Source: an uncultured Erysipelotrichaceae bacterium
GTDB taxonomy: Bacteria > Bacillota_I > Bacilli_A > RFN20 > CAG-826
Direction of reading: 5' to 3'
Assembly: GCA_902773005.1 (NCBI GenBank)
Contig: CACYCS010000004.1
Location: forward strand, 9,378 to 73,377
DNA: 64,000 nt
The position numbers and the translations under genes are program-made. The notes under the pieces were generated by a model, which saw only the letters and a program-made list of their open reading frames with translations, was not told where the DNA came from and did not search any database. This document shows positions 38,452 to 52,575 of this stretch, piece by piece. Each line of letters starts with the position of its first letter. The first letter of the stretch is position 1.

Positions 38452-39490
38452 TTCCTCGGAAAAGAATCTGACGGTTGGCATCTCTAGCGAGGGTAAAGTC
38501 ATCGACTACGTAAGCTATGAGTCCTGGCAACGCCAAAGCGAACTCATGGTCAAAGAGGTCGACACCATCCTCAAAAAGAACGGGTGCACTCGCGATGACA
38601 TCGCTTTCGTGTCCTGCGCCAAAGGCCCAGGGTCCTATACTGGCGTCCGCATCGCCCTCACGATTGCCAAAACCGTCGCGTTCGCATTGAACGTTCCGCT
38701 ATATCTAAGCTCTTCGCTCGAAGTGCTTAAAAAAGGCGATGAGCCTTCCCTTTGCCTTTCTAATGCCCGCGGCAAAAGAAGCTATTTCGGCGTCTATTCC
38801 AATGGGGAATGCCTAGTCCCTGATTGCATCAAGGACAACTCCGAAGTCCTCGCCTATATCGATGAACATCCTGAGCTCACTCCGTGTGGCGACCTCGGCT
38901 ACTTGGGCTTAGAGGGGTATCGTTCCGACATTGTGACGAACCTCGCAGAAGCAATCGACGAGGGACATGTATGCGAAAATGCTCTTGGAGCAAAGCCGAT
39001 CTACCTCAAAGACGACTACGACCAAGGCAAGTTCAAGACCATCGTTAGACGCACCATCCCTAGCGACCTCTCCTCGATCATGGCCATCGAGAACGCTTCG
39101 ATCAAGAATCCATATTCCGAGCAGCAGATGCTATATGAATTGACCGAGAACCCGGTCGCATATCTATACTCCGCCGTGGTGGATTCCGAAGTGGTGGGGT
39201 TCATCGACTTCATGATCACCTTCAATTCCGCGACCATCACCCAAATCGCGGTCAAAGAGGAATTCCGCAGCAAAGGCATCGGCAATTTGCTTCTTGGCCA
39301 GATGCTCAAAGACTGCCGCGCGCAGGCAGAGCCCGTGGAATACATCACCCTTGAAGTAAGGCAAAGCAACGTCAGAGCCCAAAAGTTCTATAAGAAGCAC
39401 AAATTCGAGCAGATCGTCGTCAAGAAGTCCTATTACGATGACGGCGAGGATGCCATTTACATGGTCAGGAGCATCATCAGCGATGTCTAA
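38429..39490 (+). CDS. tsaB: TsaB-RimI-like acetyltransferase fusion
   Basis: N-terminal LLLDSS, GPGSYTGVRI; C-terminal GNAT IAV..EFRSKGIG, LEVRQSN..AQKFY, YYDDGEDA. Confidence 0.9.
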   Translation: MKIALLLDSSEKNLTVGISSEGKVIDYVSYESWQRQSELMVKEVDTILKKNGCTRDDIAFVSCAKGPGSYTGVRIALTIAKTVAFALNVPLYLSSSLEVLKKGDEPSLCLSNARGKRSYFGVYSNGECLVPDCIKDNSEVLAYIDEHPELTPCGDLGYLGLEGYRSDIVTNLAEAIDEGHVCENALGAKPIYLKDDYDQGKFKTIVRRTIPSDLSSIMAIENASIKNPYSEQQMLYELTENPVAYLYSAVVDSEVVGFIDFMITFNSATITQIAVKEEFRSKGIGNLLLGQMLKDCRAQAEPVEYITLEVRQSNVRAQKFYKKHKFEQIVVKKSYYDDGEDAIYMVRSIISDV

Positions 39491-40502
39491 GATCTTAGCA
39501 ATTGAATCTAGCTGCGACGAAACCGCAGTTGCGATCACCGATGACGGCAAGCTATTGGCTAACGTCGTCGCCACCCAGATTTCCGTTCATGAGAAATTCG
39601 GCGGGGTCATGCCCGAGATCGCGTCCCGCCTCCACACGGAGAATATTTCGGTCTGCCTAAGCGAGGCCTTGGATCAAGCCAAATTGAAGCTTGAGGACAT
39701 CGACGCATTTGCCGTGACGAGAGGCCCTGGACTTATCGGTTGCCTCCACGTGGGACTACAAGCCGCGAAAACCCTCGCGATGCTTTACGATAAGCCACTC
39801 ATCCCCGTCCATCATCTCGCTGGCCATATCTATGCGAACGAATACGTCGGCGAATTCAAATTCCCGATGCTCTGCGTCGTCGTTTCCGGTGGCAACACTG
39901 AGCTTGTGATCATGAAGGACCACATGGACTTCGAGATCGTCGGCGAAACCAAAGACGATGCGGTGGGGGAGTGCTACGACAAGGTGGCCAGAGTCCTAGG
40001 CCTACCTTATCCAGGCGGACTACCAATCGATCAGCATGCCAAAAACGGCAAGCATACCTACGATTTGCCTATCCCGAATGCCGGGGCGGGCAAATATGAC
40101 TTCTCCTATTCTGGACTAAAGACCTCGGTCATCAATCTTGTGAACTCACTCAAGATGAAGGGAACGCCAGTCAATGTCGATGACATGGCGAGGTCATTCC
40201 AAGACGTCGCGATCTCCATGGTCGTTGAGAAATCGCTTGCCGCGGCATTCGATTACGGCGTCAAACAAATCGTATTGGCGGGGGGCGTGAGCGCGAATTC
40301 GTACCTGCGAGAGCAGATGAAGTCGCGCCTAGATAATTCGGGGATCGAACTCATCATCCCGCCGCTATGGTGCACGACCGATAATGCGGCGATGATCGCC
40401 AAAGTCGCCGAAAGGCTCTATGAAAAGAAGGTGTTCGCCCCATTGACCCTTGGGGTCGACCCAAACTGGAAAATCGATCATTGGGACAAATTCGACGAAT
40501 GA
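39483..40502 (+). CDS. tsaD: t6A biosynthesis protein TsaD
   Basis: ILAIESSCDET, GGVMPEIASRLH, GPGL, HHLAGH, VSGG, GGVSAN, TDNAAMIA. Confidence 0.96.
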   Translation: MSKILAIESSCDETAVAITDDGKLLANVVATQISVHEKFGGVMPEIASRLHTENISVCLSEALDQAKLKLEDIDAFAVTRGPGLIGCLHVGLQAAKTLAMLYDKPLIPVHHLAGHIYANEYVGEFKFPMLCVVVSGGNTELVIMKDHMDFEIVGETKDDAVGECYDKVARVLGLPYPGGLPIDQHAKNGKHTYDLPIPNAGAGKYDFSYSGLKTSVINLVNSLKMKGTPVNVDDMARSFQDVAISMVVEKSLAAAFDYGVKQIVLAGGVSANSYLREQMKSRLDNSGIELIIPPLWCTTDNAAMIAKVAERLYEKKVFAPLTLGVDPNWKIDHWDKFDE

Positions 40503-40541
40503 GGCCCTCCACAAATATTAATTGAAAGGTATAGTAAAGCC

Positions 40542-41936
40542 ATGCAAATCAAAGCCATCACCGTTTCCGAACTCTATGAGAGGTTCTCCAAAGGAGAGGA
40601 CCTCACCTCCCTTGGGGAAATCGTCATCGAAGGATGGGTCAGGACCAATCGCGATTCTGGATCCATCGGCTTCATCGCCCTCAATGACGGCTCTTGCTTC
40701 AAGAACATTCAGGTCGTCTATAACGACAAGCTTCCAACTCACGACGAGGTCGCTCACCTCATCACCGGCGCGGCGATACTCGTGAAGGGGCCGATCGTTT
40801 TGACCCCCGAGATGAAGCAACCGTTTGAGATTCACGCTTCCGAAGTTGAAGTCCTTGGCCAAGTCGACCCCGACTATCCGCTTCAGAAGAAGAGGCATAG
40901 CTTCGAATATCTCCGCGAAATCGCTTATCTTAGGCCGCGCACCAACACGTTTGCCGCGCTTTATCGCGTGAGAAGCGTTTTGGCCCTAGGCATCCACGAA
41001 TTCTTCCAGAATAAGGGCTTCGTTTACGTCCATACTCCTGAGATCACCGCCAATGACGCCGAAGGCGCAGGCCAGGTCTTTACCATCATGACCCCCGATG
41101 AGAAGGGTAAGCTTTCCGAGACCGACTTTTTCGGCAAGAAGGCTTCTTTGACCGTCTCTGGCCAACTCCACGTCGAAGCTTTCGCGCTTGCCTTCCGCGA
41201 CGTTTATACCTTCGGTCCGACCTTCCGCGCCGAGAAATCGAACACCCCTCGCCACGCATCCGAATTCTGGATGATCGAGCCTGAGATTGCATTCGCCGAT
41301 CTAGAGGACGACATGGACCTCATGGAAGAGACCATCAAGTTCTGCATCCGTTACGTCCTCGACAAGTGCCCGGACGAGATGGCGTTCTTCAACCAGATGA
41401 TCGCCCCCGGCCTATTCGATAAACTCAACCACGTTTTAGAGACCCCGTTCACCAGAATGGATTACACCAAAGGCATTGAACTCCTTCAGGAAGCGGTCAA
41501 GAAAGGCCATAAGTTCGAATACTCGGATATCGAGTGGGGCATGGACCTCCAGTCGGAGCATGAGCGTTATCTAACCGAGGAAGTGGTCAAAGGACCGATG
41601 TTCCTCATCAACTATCCGAAAGAGATCAAGGCTTTCTACATGAGAGAGAACGACGATGGCAAGACCGTCGCCGCATGCGACTGCCTAGTTCCAGGAGAAG
41701 GCGAGATCATCGGCGGCTCCCAGCGCGAGGAACGTTATGACATCCTCAAGGCCAAAATGGACAAAATCGGCAACACGGCTGGCCTAGAATGGTATCTGAA
41801 CCTCCGCAAATACGGCGGATGCATCCACTCGGGCTTCGGCATCGGATTCGACCGTTTGCTCATGTATCTCACCGGCGTCACGAACATCCGCGACACCGAA
41901 CCCTATCCGCGCACAAGCTCGCAGCTTAAGTACTGA
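40542..41936 (+). CDS. asnS: Asparagine-tRNA ligase
   Basis: GWVRT, YPLQKK, LTVSGQL, GPTFRAEKSNT.RH..EFWMIEPE, EIIGGSQRE, HSGFGIGFDR. Confidence 0.96.
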   Translation: MQIKAITVSELYERFSKGEDLTSLGEIVIEGWVRTNRDSGSIGFIALNDGSCFKNIQVVYNDKLPTHDEVAHLITGAAILVKGPIVLTPEMKQPFEIHASEVEVLGQVDPDYPLQKKRHSFEYLREIAYLRPRTNTFAALYRVRSVLALGIHEFFQNKGFVYVHTPEITANDAEGAGQVFTIMTPDEKGKLSETDFFGKKASLTVSGQLHVEAFALAFRDVYTFGPTFRAEKSNTPRHASEFWMIEPEIAFADLEDDMDLMEETIKFCIRYVLDKCPDEMAFFNQMIAPGLFDKLNHVLETPFTRMDYTKGIELLQEAVKKGHKFEYSDIEWGMDLQSEHERYLTEEVVKGPMFLINYPKEIKAFYMRENDDGKTVAACDCLVPGEGEIIGGSQREERYDILKAKMDKIGNTAGLEWYLNLRKYGGCIHSGFGIGFDRLLMYLTGVTNIRDTEPYPRTSSQLKY

Positions 41937-42130
41937 TGGAAGAGACAAATCTACTAGGAAATGAGGAACTCGACGTTCAGGAGAACGCGTTCCATGACAC
42001 CCGTCCCATTCCCATTGCGGAGAGGGAGCGGAAGCAAACCGCCAAGAAGCGTGTCTTTTTCCTGCTGCTCATTCTGATTTTCATCATGGTCGGGCTTATC
42101 ATCTGGGAAGTTGCGAGCATGCTCGTTTGA
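41936..42130 (+). CDS. Small hypothetical tail-anchored membrane protein
   Basis: TGATG overlap with asnS; single C-terminal TM. Confidence 0.65.
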   Translation: MEETNLLGNEELDVQENAFHDTRPIPIAERERKQTAKKRVFFLLLILIFIMVGLIIWEVASMLV

Positions 42131-42139
42131 GGGCTCCCC

Positions 42140-42601
42140 ATGGCAAGGCGTCCCGCGATTCAAAACCAGCAAGCGGCCCACAAGGTCGCCCCCTCCATCG
42201 TTTTCGGCAGGGTGTGCTTGATCGTTGGATGCCTTTTGTTTTTGGTTGCAACGGGTTTTACGATCTACCGCTACGCTGGGAAATTCATGGACGGATCCTT
42301 CGATTGGTCAAAGCCTAGGGACGCGATTGAAATACTGCTCACGCCAGTGGTCTGCATCTTCATGATTGTGGCATCCATTGGGGGCGTGTCATTTGTTTTC
42401 GACAAAGGACCCTTCATTTCCGTCGCGGCTTTTGCTGCGTTTGCGTCCCTCATCGTGTTCATCATCTACCTCGTTTTCGACATCCGAGATTTGACGGTCG
42501 ATTGGGATTGGGCGACGTTTGGATTATCATTGCTTGATGTCGAATTGTCCGCTTTCGTGTATTTTATTGGGTGGTTCTTCGCGAAGAACTGGTTGGACTG
42601 A
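42140..42601 (+). CDS. Hypothetical 4-TM membrane protein
   Basis: 153-aa hydrophobic ORF in operon context. Confidence 0.7.
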   Translation: MARRPAIQNQQAAHKVAPSIVFGRVCLIVGCLLFLVATGFTIYRYAGKFMDGSFDWSKPRDAIEILLTPVVCIFMIVASIGGVSFVFDKGPFISVAAFAAFASLIVFIIYLVFDIRDLTVDWDWATFGLSLLDVELSAFVYFIGWFFAKNWLD

Positions 42602-42759
42602 TGAAAAAGAGAAAACTGATCATATTGCTATTGCTCGCTGGGGCGATGGGAACTGCTGGATGTTCCAAGTCCAGCGATAAGAAAAAATGCGACGACAATG
42701 GGGTTTGCCACATTGGTTACGTCGCAGTTCCTAAACTTCCGTCCTATTTTAATCGCTAG
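42601..42759 (+). CDS. Small putative lipoprotein (52 aa)
   Basis: TGATG overlap; MKKRKLIILLLLAGAMGTAGC signal with lipobox. Confidence 0.55.
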   Translation: MKKRKLIILLLLAGAMGTAGCSKSSDKKKCDDNGVCHIGYVAVPKLPSYFNR

Positions 42760-43417
42760 GCGGAGGCGGTTCGCCACCTTTGACTTGAATATCCCTCGTT
42801 GCTTTATAGTCTTCGAGGGATTTTTCAAACACCGTTCTCGCGCGGCGAAGAATCATCACGTGACGGGAAAGATATGCCTGGCATACGACGGCATAGTAGA
42901 CGATCGCGACAATCCAAATGATGAAGCAAAGATAAGACGGGATATGCTCGACTAAGAATTCAGGCGTGTGGGTTACGCTTGGCCAGCGCGACAATAGGCT
43001 TAGGCCGAAGACGTTCACGAAGAGGCCTTCTTCCTCCCAATCGTAAGCGAAGAATAGATCGCTGATATCGTGGAATGGATTGATGCCCCAATTGTCGGTT
43101 GCGGCGCAGGTGATGACCCAAATCACGAGGCCGACTACCGCAATTAGGAACGGGATAAGCGATTGGCGATAGAAGAGCCTGTTGTTCTTCTTTTTGCCGA
43201 AGCGCTTGAATTCCTTGGGCGAATTGACGACATGGGCCACCGTAACGTTATACATCATGTTGTCAGCGCGCTTCATTTGGAAGGCCATGGTTTTCCTGAC
43301 CGCGAAGCCAATCAAAGCGATGATGATGAAAACGATGACGGCGATGATGAGGAAGATGATGAGGGCGCGGCGATCGGCATCGGACATCGCGCCGCTAGCT
43401 GCAGCGAATAAGCTCAT
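42749..43417 (-). CDS. Hypothetical 3-TM membrane protein
   Basis: ATGA overlap with the upstream gene, SD AAGGAGG. Confidence 0.75.
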   Translation of the reverse strand: MSLFAAASGAMSDADRRALIIFLIIAVIVFIIIALIGFAVRKTMAFQMKRADNMMYNVTVAHVVNSPKEFKRFGKKKNNRLFYRQSLIPFLIAVVGLVIWVITCAATDNWGINPFHDISDLFFAYDWEEEGLFVNVFGLSLLSRWPSVTHTPEFLVEHIPSYLCFIIWIVAIVYYAVVCQAYLSRHVMILRRARTVFEKSLEDYKATRDIQVKGGEPPPPSD

Positions 43418-43929
43418 TTGTCGCCCTCCTTTCCTTGCTTCGCGGGCTCTTCTTTCTTCGGAATCGCGGGGAGAGGATTTGGCTCGGAGCCTGCGTTATT
43501 TTGATTCGTGATCTGCTGAGTCCCCTGATTCTGGAGGGCGGGGTTAGGCTGCTGGAGATAAGGGTTTTGCTGCTGATATGGGTTCGGCTGCTGCAAATAT
43601 GGATTCTGAGGGTTTGGAATGGGCTGTCCGGGCTGTTGGTAGTAGTTATTCTGAATATAGATTTGCTTCGATTGGTCGACTTCTTGAATCGGCTGCTCTT
43701 GCTTGGCGTCTTCTTGGGCGTAGGCCTTCTTGAGGATCTCATATGCCTTCTCGTCTTCCGGCAAAGGAGGGAAGAGCTTTTTGCCGCGGAAGAAGTTCAC
43801 GATCATGATGATGAACTGGACGAAGAAATTGAACACGCCGAAAACGCCGATGAGGGCGATGACGACCAGAATGAACGGGAACAACAATGCCCAAAGGATC
43901 CCGAGGCCGAACTGCTTAAGCACGTTCAT
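43414..43929 (-). CDS. Hypothetical membrane protein with Q/P/N-rich tail (NPYLQQP repeats)
   Basis: ATGA overlap; N-terminal TM hairpin; low-complexity tail. Confidence 0.75.
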   Translation of the reverse strand: MNVLKQFGLGILWALLFPFILVVIALIGVFGVFNFFVQFIIMIVNFFRGKKLFPPLPEDEKAYEILKKAYAQEDAKQEQPIQEVDQSKQIYIQNNYYQQPGQPIPNPQNPYLQQPNPYQQQNPYLQQPNPALQNQGTQQITNQNNAGSEPNPLPAIPKKEEPAKQGKEGDK

Positions 43930-44840
43930 GGCAATATTTTAGGGTCCTCCCTTTTGAGTCTCAATAGGATTAGATTGATCAATTGGGCTAAGCCCACGCC
44001 TAAGGCAATGAATCCTAGAAGCGCGAGTCCGCCATGCGGCGCGGCCGAGCGATATAATCCTGCATAAAGGAATAAGCCGGCCACCGCAAAGATCCCCAAA
44101 AACAAATAGGAGATTTTGCGGTTTTCCTGGACCAGTTCGACGATGCAAAGAACGCCCCAATAGACGGAGAAGCCAAAAGCAAGCAAACCATAAGGCGGCA
44201 AGAAGAACGCGAGAATTGAAGCCGCCCCTCCAGACAGGATTGCGAGGATCGGCGATCCCCATTTGAAGGAGATGATCTCCTCAATCGGCTCAAACCTTTG
44301 CATTTGAATAAAGATGAAAAGGTGGGCGATGGCCATCTGAGCCAAAGAATAGCCATAGATGAATAGCGGGAAGCCGATTACGGCGCCTTCTTTGTCGGAG
44401 AGCCCCACCAAAGCAAGGAGGCTATCCTGAACATCGACCTCCAATAACGCCTTCACCAAAAGCATCGAAGCATAGAAAAGCCCGAAGGACAAAACGGAGC
44501 AAATAAACAAAACGAATGAGGACGTGAGTCTGTTTTTGATGCCAAAGCCATATGCGGCGCCTACGAGCAACGACGGGATTACATAGAACAAAGTGTTGCT
44601 GATATTCCACGCAGAAACTGCTAAGCAGACACCTGCGGAGGCAACAAGGTATATGGGGAAGTATTTTGCTTTGCAATAGAAAGAAGCGACGGCTGAGGTA
44701 AGAGGTATCACAAGCATCAGGATAAGCGCTGAAGCGGGGAGCAAGGCAGAGACGAGCGAAAGCACGGCATCGATTCCCGCGCAGATGGCGAGGAATGCGA
44801 TGTTCTCGACTGGCGTTTCGCGCTTTCTGAATACCGACAT
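43926..44840 (-). CDS. Hypothetical polytopic membrane protein
   Basis: 304 aa, about 9 TM; first gene of a three-gene coupled operon. Confidence 0.75.
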   Translation of the reverse strand: MSVFRKRETPVENIAFLAICAGIDAVLSLVSALLPASALILMLVIPLTSAVASFYCKAKYFPIYLVASAGVCLAVSAWNISNTLFYVIPSLLVGAAYGFGIKNRLTSSFVLFICSVLSFGLFYASMLLVKALLEVDVQDSLLALVGLSDKEGAVIGFPLFIYGYSLAQMAIAHLFIFIQMQRFEPIEEIISFKWGSPILAILSGGAASILAFFLPPYGLLAFGFSVYWGVLCIVELVQENRKISYLFLGIFAVAGLFLYAGLYRSAAPHGGLALLGFIALGVGLAQLINLILLRLKREDPKILP

Positions 44841-44990
44841 AGCATCATTTTAATCCGAAAACGAATACACGGGGTGTCCGAATGACAAAATGGTCCCTTG
44901 TTTGGTCCGCCGCTTCACCGCTTAAGGAATTTCCAAAAATCCTCCTTTCCTTATTTATAAGGAATAGGAGAAATTGTAATATATAAAGGT

Positions 44991-49332
<4,342 letters not shown>

Positions 49333-49373
49333 AGTTGTATACTACCCTTATCTAGTGAAAGGAACTAGGTCAT

Positions 49374-49670
49374 ATGAAGCAGATTACAAAGGAAGTACTT
49401 CATGACGCGGCCAACCGTCTCCTCTTCGATATGTCGGACGAGGAGCTTGACACGCTCATGGAGGAATTCAAAATCCTGACCCAGCAAATGGAAACGATTG
49501 GACATATCGAAGGGCTTGAATCCTACGCCCCCATGACTTTCCCGTTTGACTGCATGGTCGATTATCTCCGCGAGGATGTCGCGGAAGAGCCGCTTCCAAG
49601 GGAAGAGGCCCTCAAGAATGCTGGCAGCGTAATGGACAACCAGATCAAGCTGCCGAAGGTGGTCATCTGA
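49374..49670 (+). CDS. gatC: Asp/Glu-tRNA amidotransferase subunit C
   Basis: 98 aa, LRED motif, ALKNA, position before gatA. Confidence 0.88.
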   Translation: MKQITKEVLHDAANRLLFDMSDEELDTLMEEFKILTQQMETIGHIEGLESYAPMTFPFDCMVDYLREDVAEEPLPREEALKNAGSVMDNQIKLPKVVI

Positions 49671-51142
49671 TGAATTACCTAGATCTTACTATCGCGGAGA
49701 TTCACCGCGCATTGCTCGAAAAGAAAGTCACGCCTCTCGAGCTGACCAAAGAAGCCCTTGAAAGGGCGAAGGCGAACAAAGAAAACGCCTTTGAGACCAT
49801 CTGTGAGAAAGAGGCGCTCGAATTTGCTGCCACTTTGACGGAGCCCGAAGAGGATAACCTCCTTTGGGGCATCCCTTATGTCGCAAAGGACAACTTCTCG
49901 ACCAAGGGCATCGAGACCACTGCATCCAGCAATATCCTGAACGGGTATGTTCCGCTATTCGATGCCACCGTCATCAAGAAGCTGCGCGAGAAAAAGGCGA
50001 TTCTCATTGCAAAGACCACCCTCGATGAACTTGCGATGGGCGGAAGCGGCACAACTGGCCACAAAGGCATCACCTATAACCCATACGATCCGGAGCACAA
50101 ACATCAAATCGGCGGATCTAGCTGCGGTTCCGCGGTCTGCGTTGCTGCAGGCATCGTCCCATTCGCCCTCGGCTCCGATACGGGTGACTCCGTAAGAAAG
50201 CCTGCCTCCTATGGCGGACTCGTCGGCATGAAGCCCACCTGGGGCAGAATTTCGAGGTATGGTTTGTTCCCATTCGCCCCCTCCCTTGACCACGTCGCAT
50301 ATTTCACTCGCTCAGCCGAGGATAGCGCCATCGTTCTCCAAGCCCTTGCTGGACGCGATGAATATGACAGCACCTCCTCCTTCAAACCGGTCGAGGACTA
50401 TTCGGCGAAGCTAGGCGAATCGCTTAAGGGCAAGCGCATCGCGGTCATCCAGGAAATCCTCGATTCCATTTCGAACAAAGAGCTCCTCGATGCGTTCCGT
50501 AAATCCGTCGAAGCGATGAAAGCAGCGGGGGCGTGCGTCGATTATGTCCATTTCCCACTTGATCTATTGAAGTCGATTTACGCGACTTACATCGTGATTT
50601 CCTGCGCCGAGGCAACGAGCAACAACGCGAACCTCGACGGCATCAAATTCGGACCGTTCCGCGGTGGCAAGACCTATCAGGAGGTCATGTTCAATGCGAG
50701 AACCCAAGGCTTCTCCGAACTCATCAAAAGGCGCTTCGTCATCGGTTCGTTCGCCCTTATGAGCGAGAACCAGCAAGAACTCTTCATCAGAGCGCAGCGC
50801 AACCGCGCCAAGATCGTCGAGGCGACGAACAACATCCTCAAGGAATATGACGCGATCCTCGCGCCCGCCTCGCCGACGACCGCACCGGTGCTTGGCTCTA
50901 GTTCAAGCGACAAGCTCTCCAACGAATATCTAATCGCCGACAATTTCATGGCAATGGGCAACTTCGCTGGTCTGCCTTCTGTCACCGTGCCACTCACCTT
51001 CATCGATGGCTTGCCAATCGGAGTGAACTTCACGAGCAAGGCCTTTGATGAAGCGGGACTATTCTCAATCATTCAAGCCTATGAGGACATCACCGGCCTC
51101 AAAGGCATTTCCACCAACGTCAGAAAGGAGGCCAAACTATGA
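49670..51142 (+). CDS. gatA: Asp/Glu-tRNA amidotransferase subunit A
   Basis: Amidase signature KDNF, DELAMG, GGSSCGSA, GSDTGDSVRKPA, KPTWGRISRYG. Confidence 0.95.
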   Translation: MNYLDLTIAEIHRALLEKKVTPLELTKEALERAKANKENAFETICEKEALEFAATLTEPEEDNLLWGIPYVAKDNFSTKGIETTASSNILNGYVPLFDATVIKKLREKKAILIAKTTLDELAMGGSGTTGHKGITYNPYDPEHKHQIGGSSCGSAVCVAAGIVPFALGSDTGDSVRKPASYGGLVGMKPTWGRISRYGLFPFAPSLDHVAYFTRSAEDSAIVLQALAGRDEYDSTSSFKPVEDYSAKLGESLKGKRIAVIQEILDSISNKELLDAFRKSVEAMKAAGACVDYVHFPLDLLKSIYATYIVISCAEATSNNANLDGIKFGPFRGGKTYQEVMFNARTQGFSELIKRRFVIGSFALMSENQQELFIRAQRNRAKIVEATNNILKEYDAILAPASPTTAPVLGSSSSDKLSNEYLIADNFMAMGNFAGLPSVTVPLTFIDGLPIGVNFTSKAFDEAGLFSIIQAYEDITGLKGISTNVRKEAKL

Positions 51143-52569
51143 ACTTCGAAGCCATCATCGGACTTGAGATCCACGTCGAGATGAAGACGAAGTCGAAGAT
51201 GTTCTCGGCTTCTCCGAATTCCTTCTCCCGCGAACCCAATACTGAGATCACCGTCCTCGATATGGCTTATCCTGGCGCGATGCCGCGCCCGAATAAGCAG
51301 GCGGTCATCAACGCGATCCGCGTCGCGAACGCCTTGCACATGACCATCGACCAGGACGTCTATTTCGACCGCAAGAACTATTTCTATGCCGACCTTCCCA
51401 AGGGATTCCAGATCACCCAGCAATTCCGCCCGATCGGAAGCCACGGGTATCTCGATGTCCTCGATAAGGAAGGCAACACCAAGCGCATCAAGATCGAGCG
51501 CATCCACATGGAAGAGGACACCTGCAAGCAGCTCCATTTCGCGGACTATTCGCTACTAGACTATAACCGCGCTGGCGTCCCGCTCATCGAGATCGTTTCC
51601 GAACCCGATATCCGTTCTGGCACCGAGGCCATGCATTACGTCGAGGCGATCCGCAACATCGTCGTCTATTCGCAAACGAGCGACGGCAAGATGGAAGAAG
51701 GATCCCTCCGCTGCGACGTCAATATCTCCCTCCGCCCTTATGGCTCCAATAAGTTCGGAACCAAGGTCGAGATTAAGAACATCAACTCGCTTAAGAACAT
51801 CGAGCAGGCCCTCGACTATGAGATTCAGCGTCAAAGCGCCTGCATTCTCGCTGGCATTCCCATTCAGCAAGAGACTAGAAGGTTTGATGAGGCAAGCGGC
51901 AAGACGGTCCTCATGCGCGTCAAAACCGATGCGGTGGACTACAAATACTTCTGCGAGCCTAACATTGCCCCGATCCATCTTTCGGATGAATTCGTGAAGA
52001 ATGCAATCGATACCTGCCCTGAGCTTTATGACGCCAAAAAGGAACGCTACCTCAAAGCAGGCCTATCCGACAAAGATGCCGAGATCATTCTCAGCAACAT
52101 CGACATGGCTGCTTATTTCGAGAAAGCCATCGAAGGCGCCAAAAGCGTCAAGACGGTCGCGAACTTCCTGATCGTTGAGGTGAATGGCTATCTCAATAAG
52201 TCTGGCTGCCCGATTACCGAATTCCCGCTTCAGGCCAAGGATCTGACCGAGATCAGCAACATGCAGGAAGATGGCTTCACCCACAAGCAGTGCACTGACA
52301 TCTTCAACTATTGCCTCGAAAACGAAGGCACGTCCCCCGCGGATGCGAAAGCAGCCCTCAAAATCGAGAAGCAGATTTCCGATGATGGAGCCGTGCTTGA
52401 ATTCGTCACCGCAGTTCTTGACGCCAACCCGCAGTCCATCGAAGACTTCAAGGCTGGCAAAGACAGGGCGATCGGCTTCTTGATCGGCCAAGTCATGAAG
52501 ATGGCCAAGGGCAAGGTCAATCCCGCCGCCGTCGCGAAGGTCATGAACATCGAAATCAGGAAGAGGTAA
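51139..52569 (+). CDS. gatB: Asp/Glu-tRNA amidotransferase subunit B
   Basis: IGLEIHVE, FDRKNYFYADLPKGFQITQ, HMEED, DYNRAGVPLIEIVSEPD, LRCDVNIS. Confidence 0.97.
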   Translation: MNFEAIIGLEIHVEMKTKSKMFSASPNSFSREPNTEITVLDMAYPGAMPRPNKQAVINAIRVANALHMTIDQDVYFDRKNYFYADLPKGFQITQQFRPIGSHGYLDVLDKEGNTKRIKIERIHMEEDTCKQLHFADYSLLDYNRAGVPLIEIVSEPDIRSGTEAMHYVEAIRNIVVYSQTSDGKMEEGSLRCDVNISLRPYGSNKFGTKVEIKNINSLKNIEQALDYEIQRQSACILAGIPIQQETRRFDEASGKTVLMRVKTDAVDYKYFCEPNIAPIHLSDEFVKNAIDTCPELYDAKKERYLKAGLSDKDAEIILSNIDMAAYFEKAIEGAKSVKTVANFLIVEVNGYLNKSGCPITEFPLQAKDLTEISNMQEDGFTHKQCTDIFNYCLENEGTSPADAKAALKIEKQISDDGAVLEFVTAVLDANPQSIEDFKAGKDRAIGFLIGQVMKMAKGKVNPAAVAKVMNIEIRKR

Positions 52570-52575
52570 TCTCCG

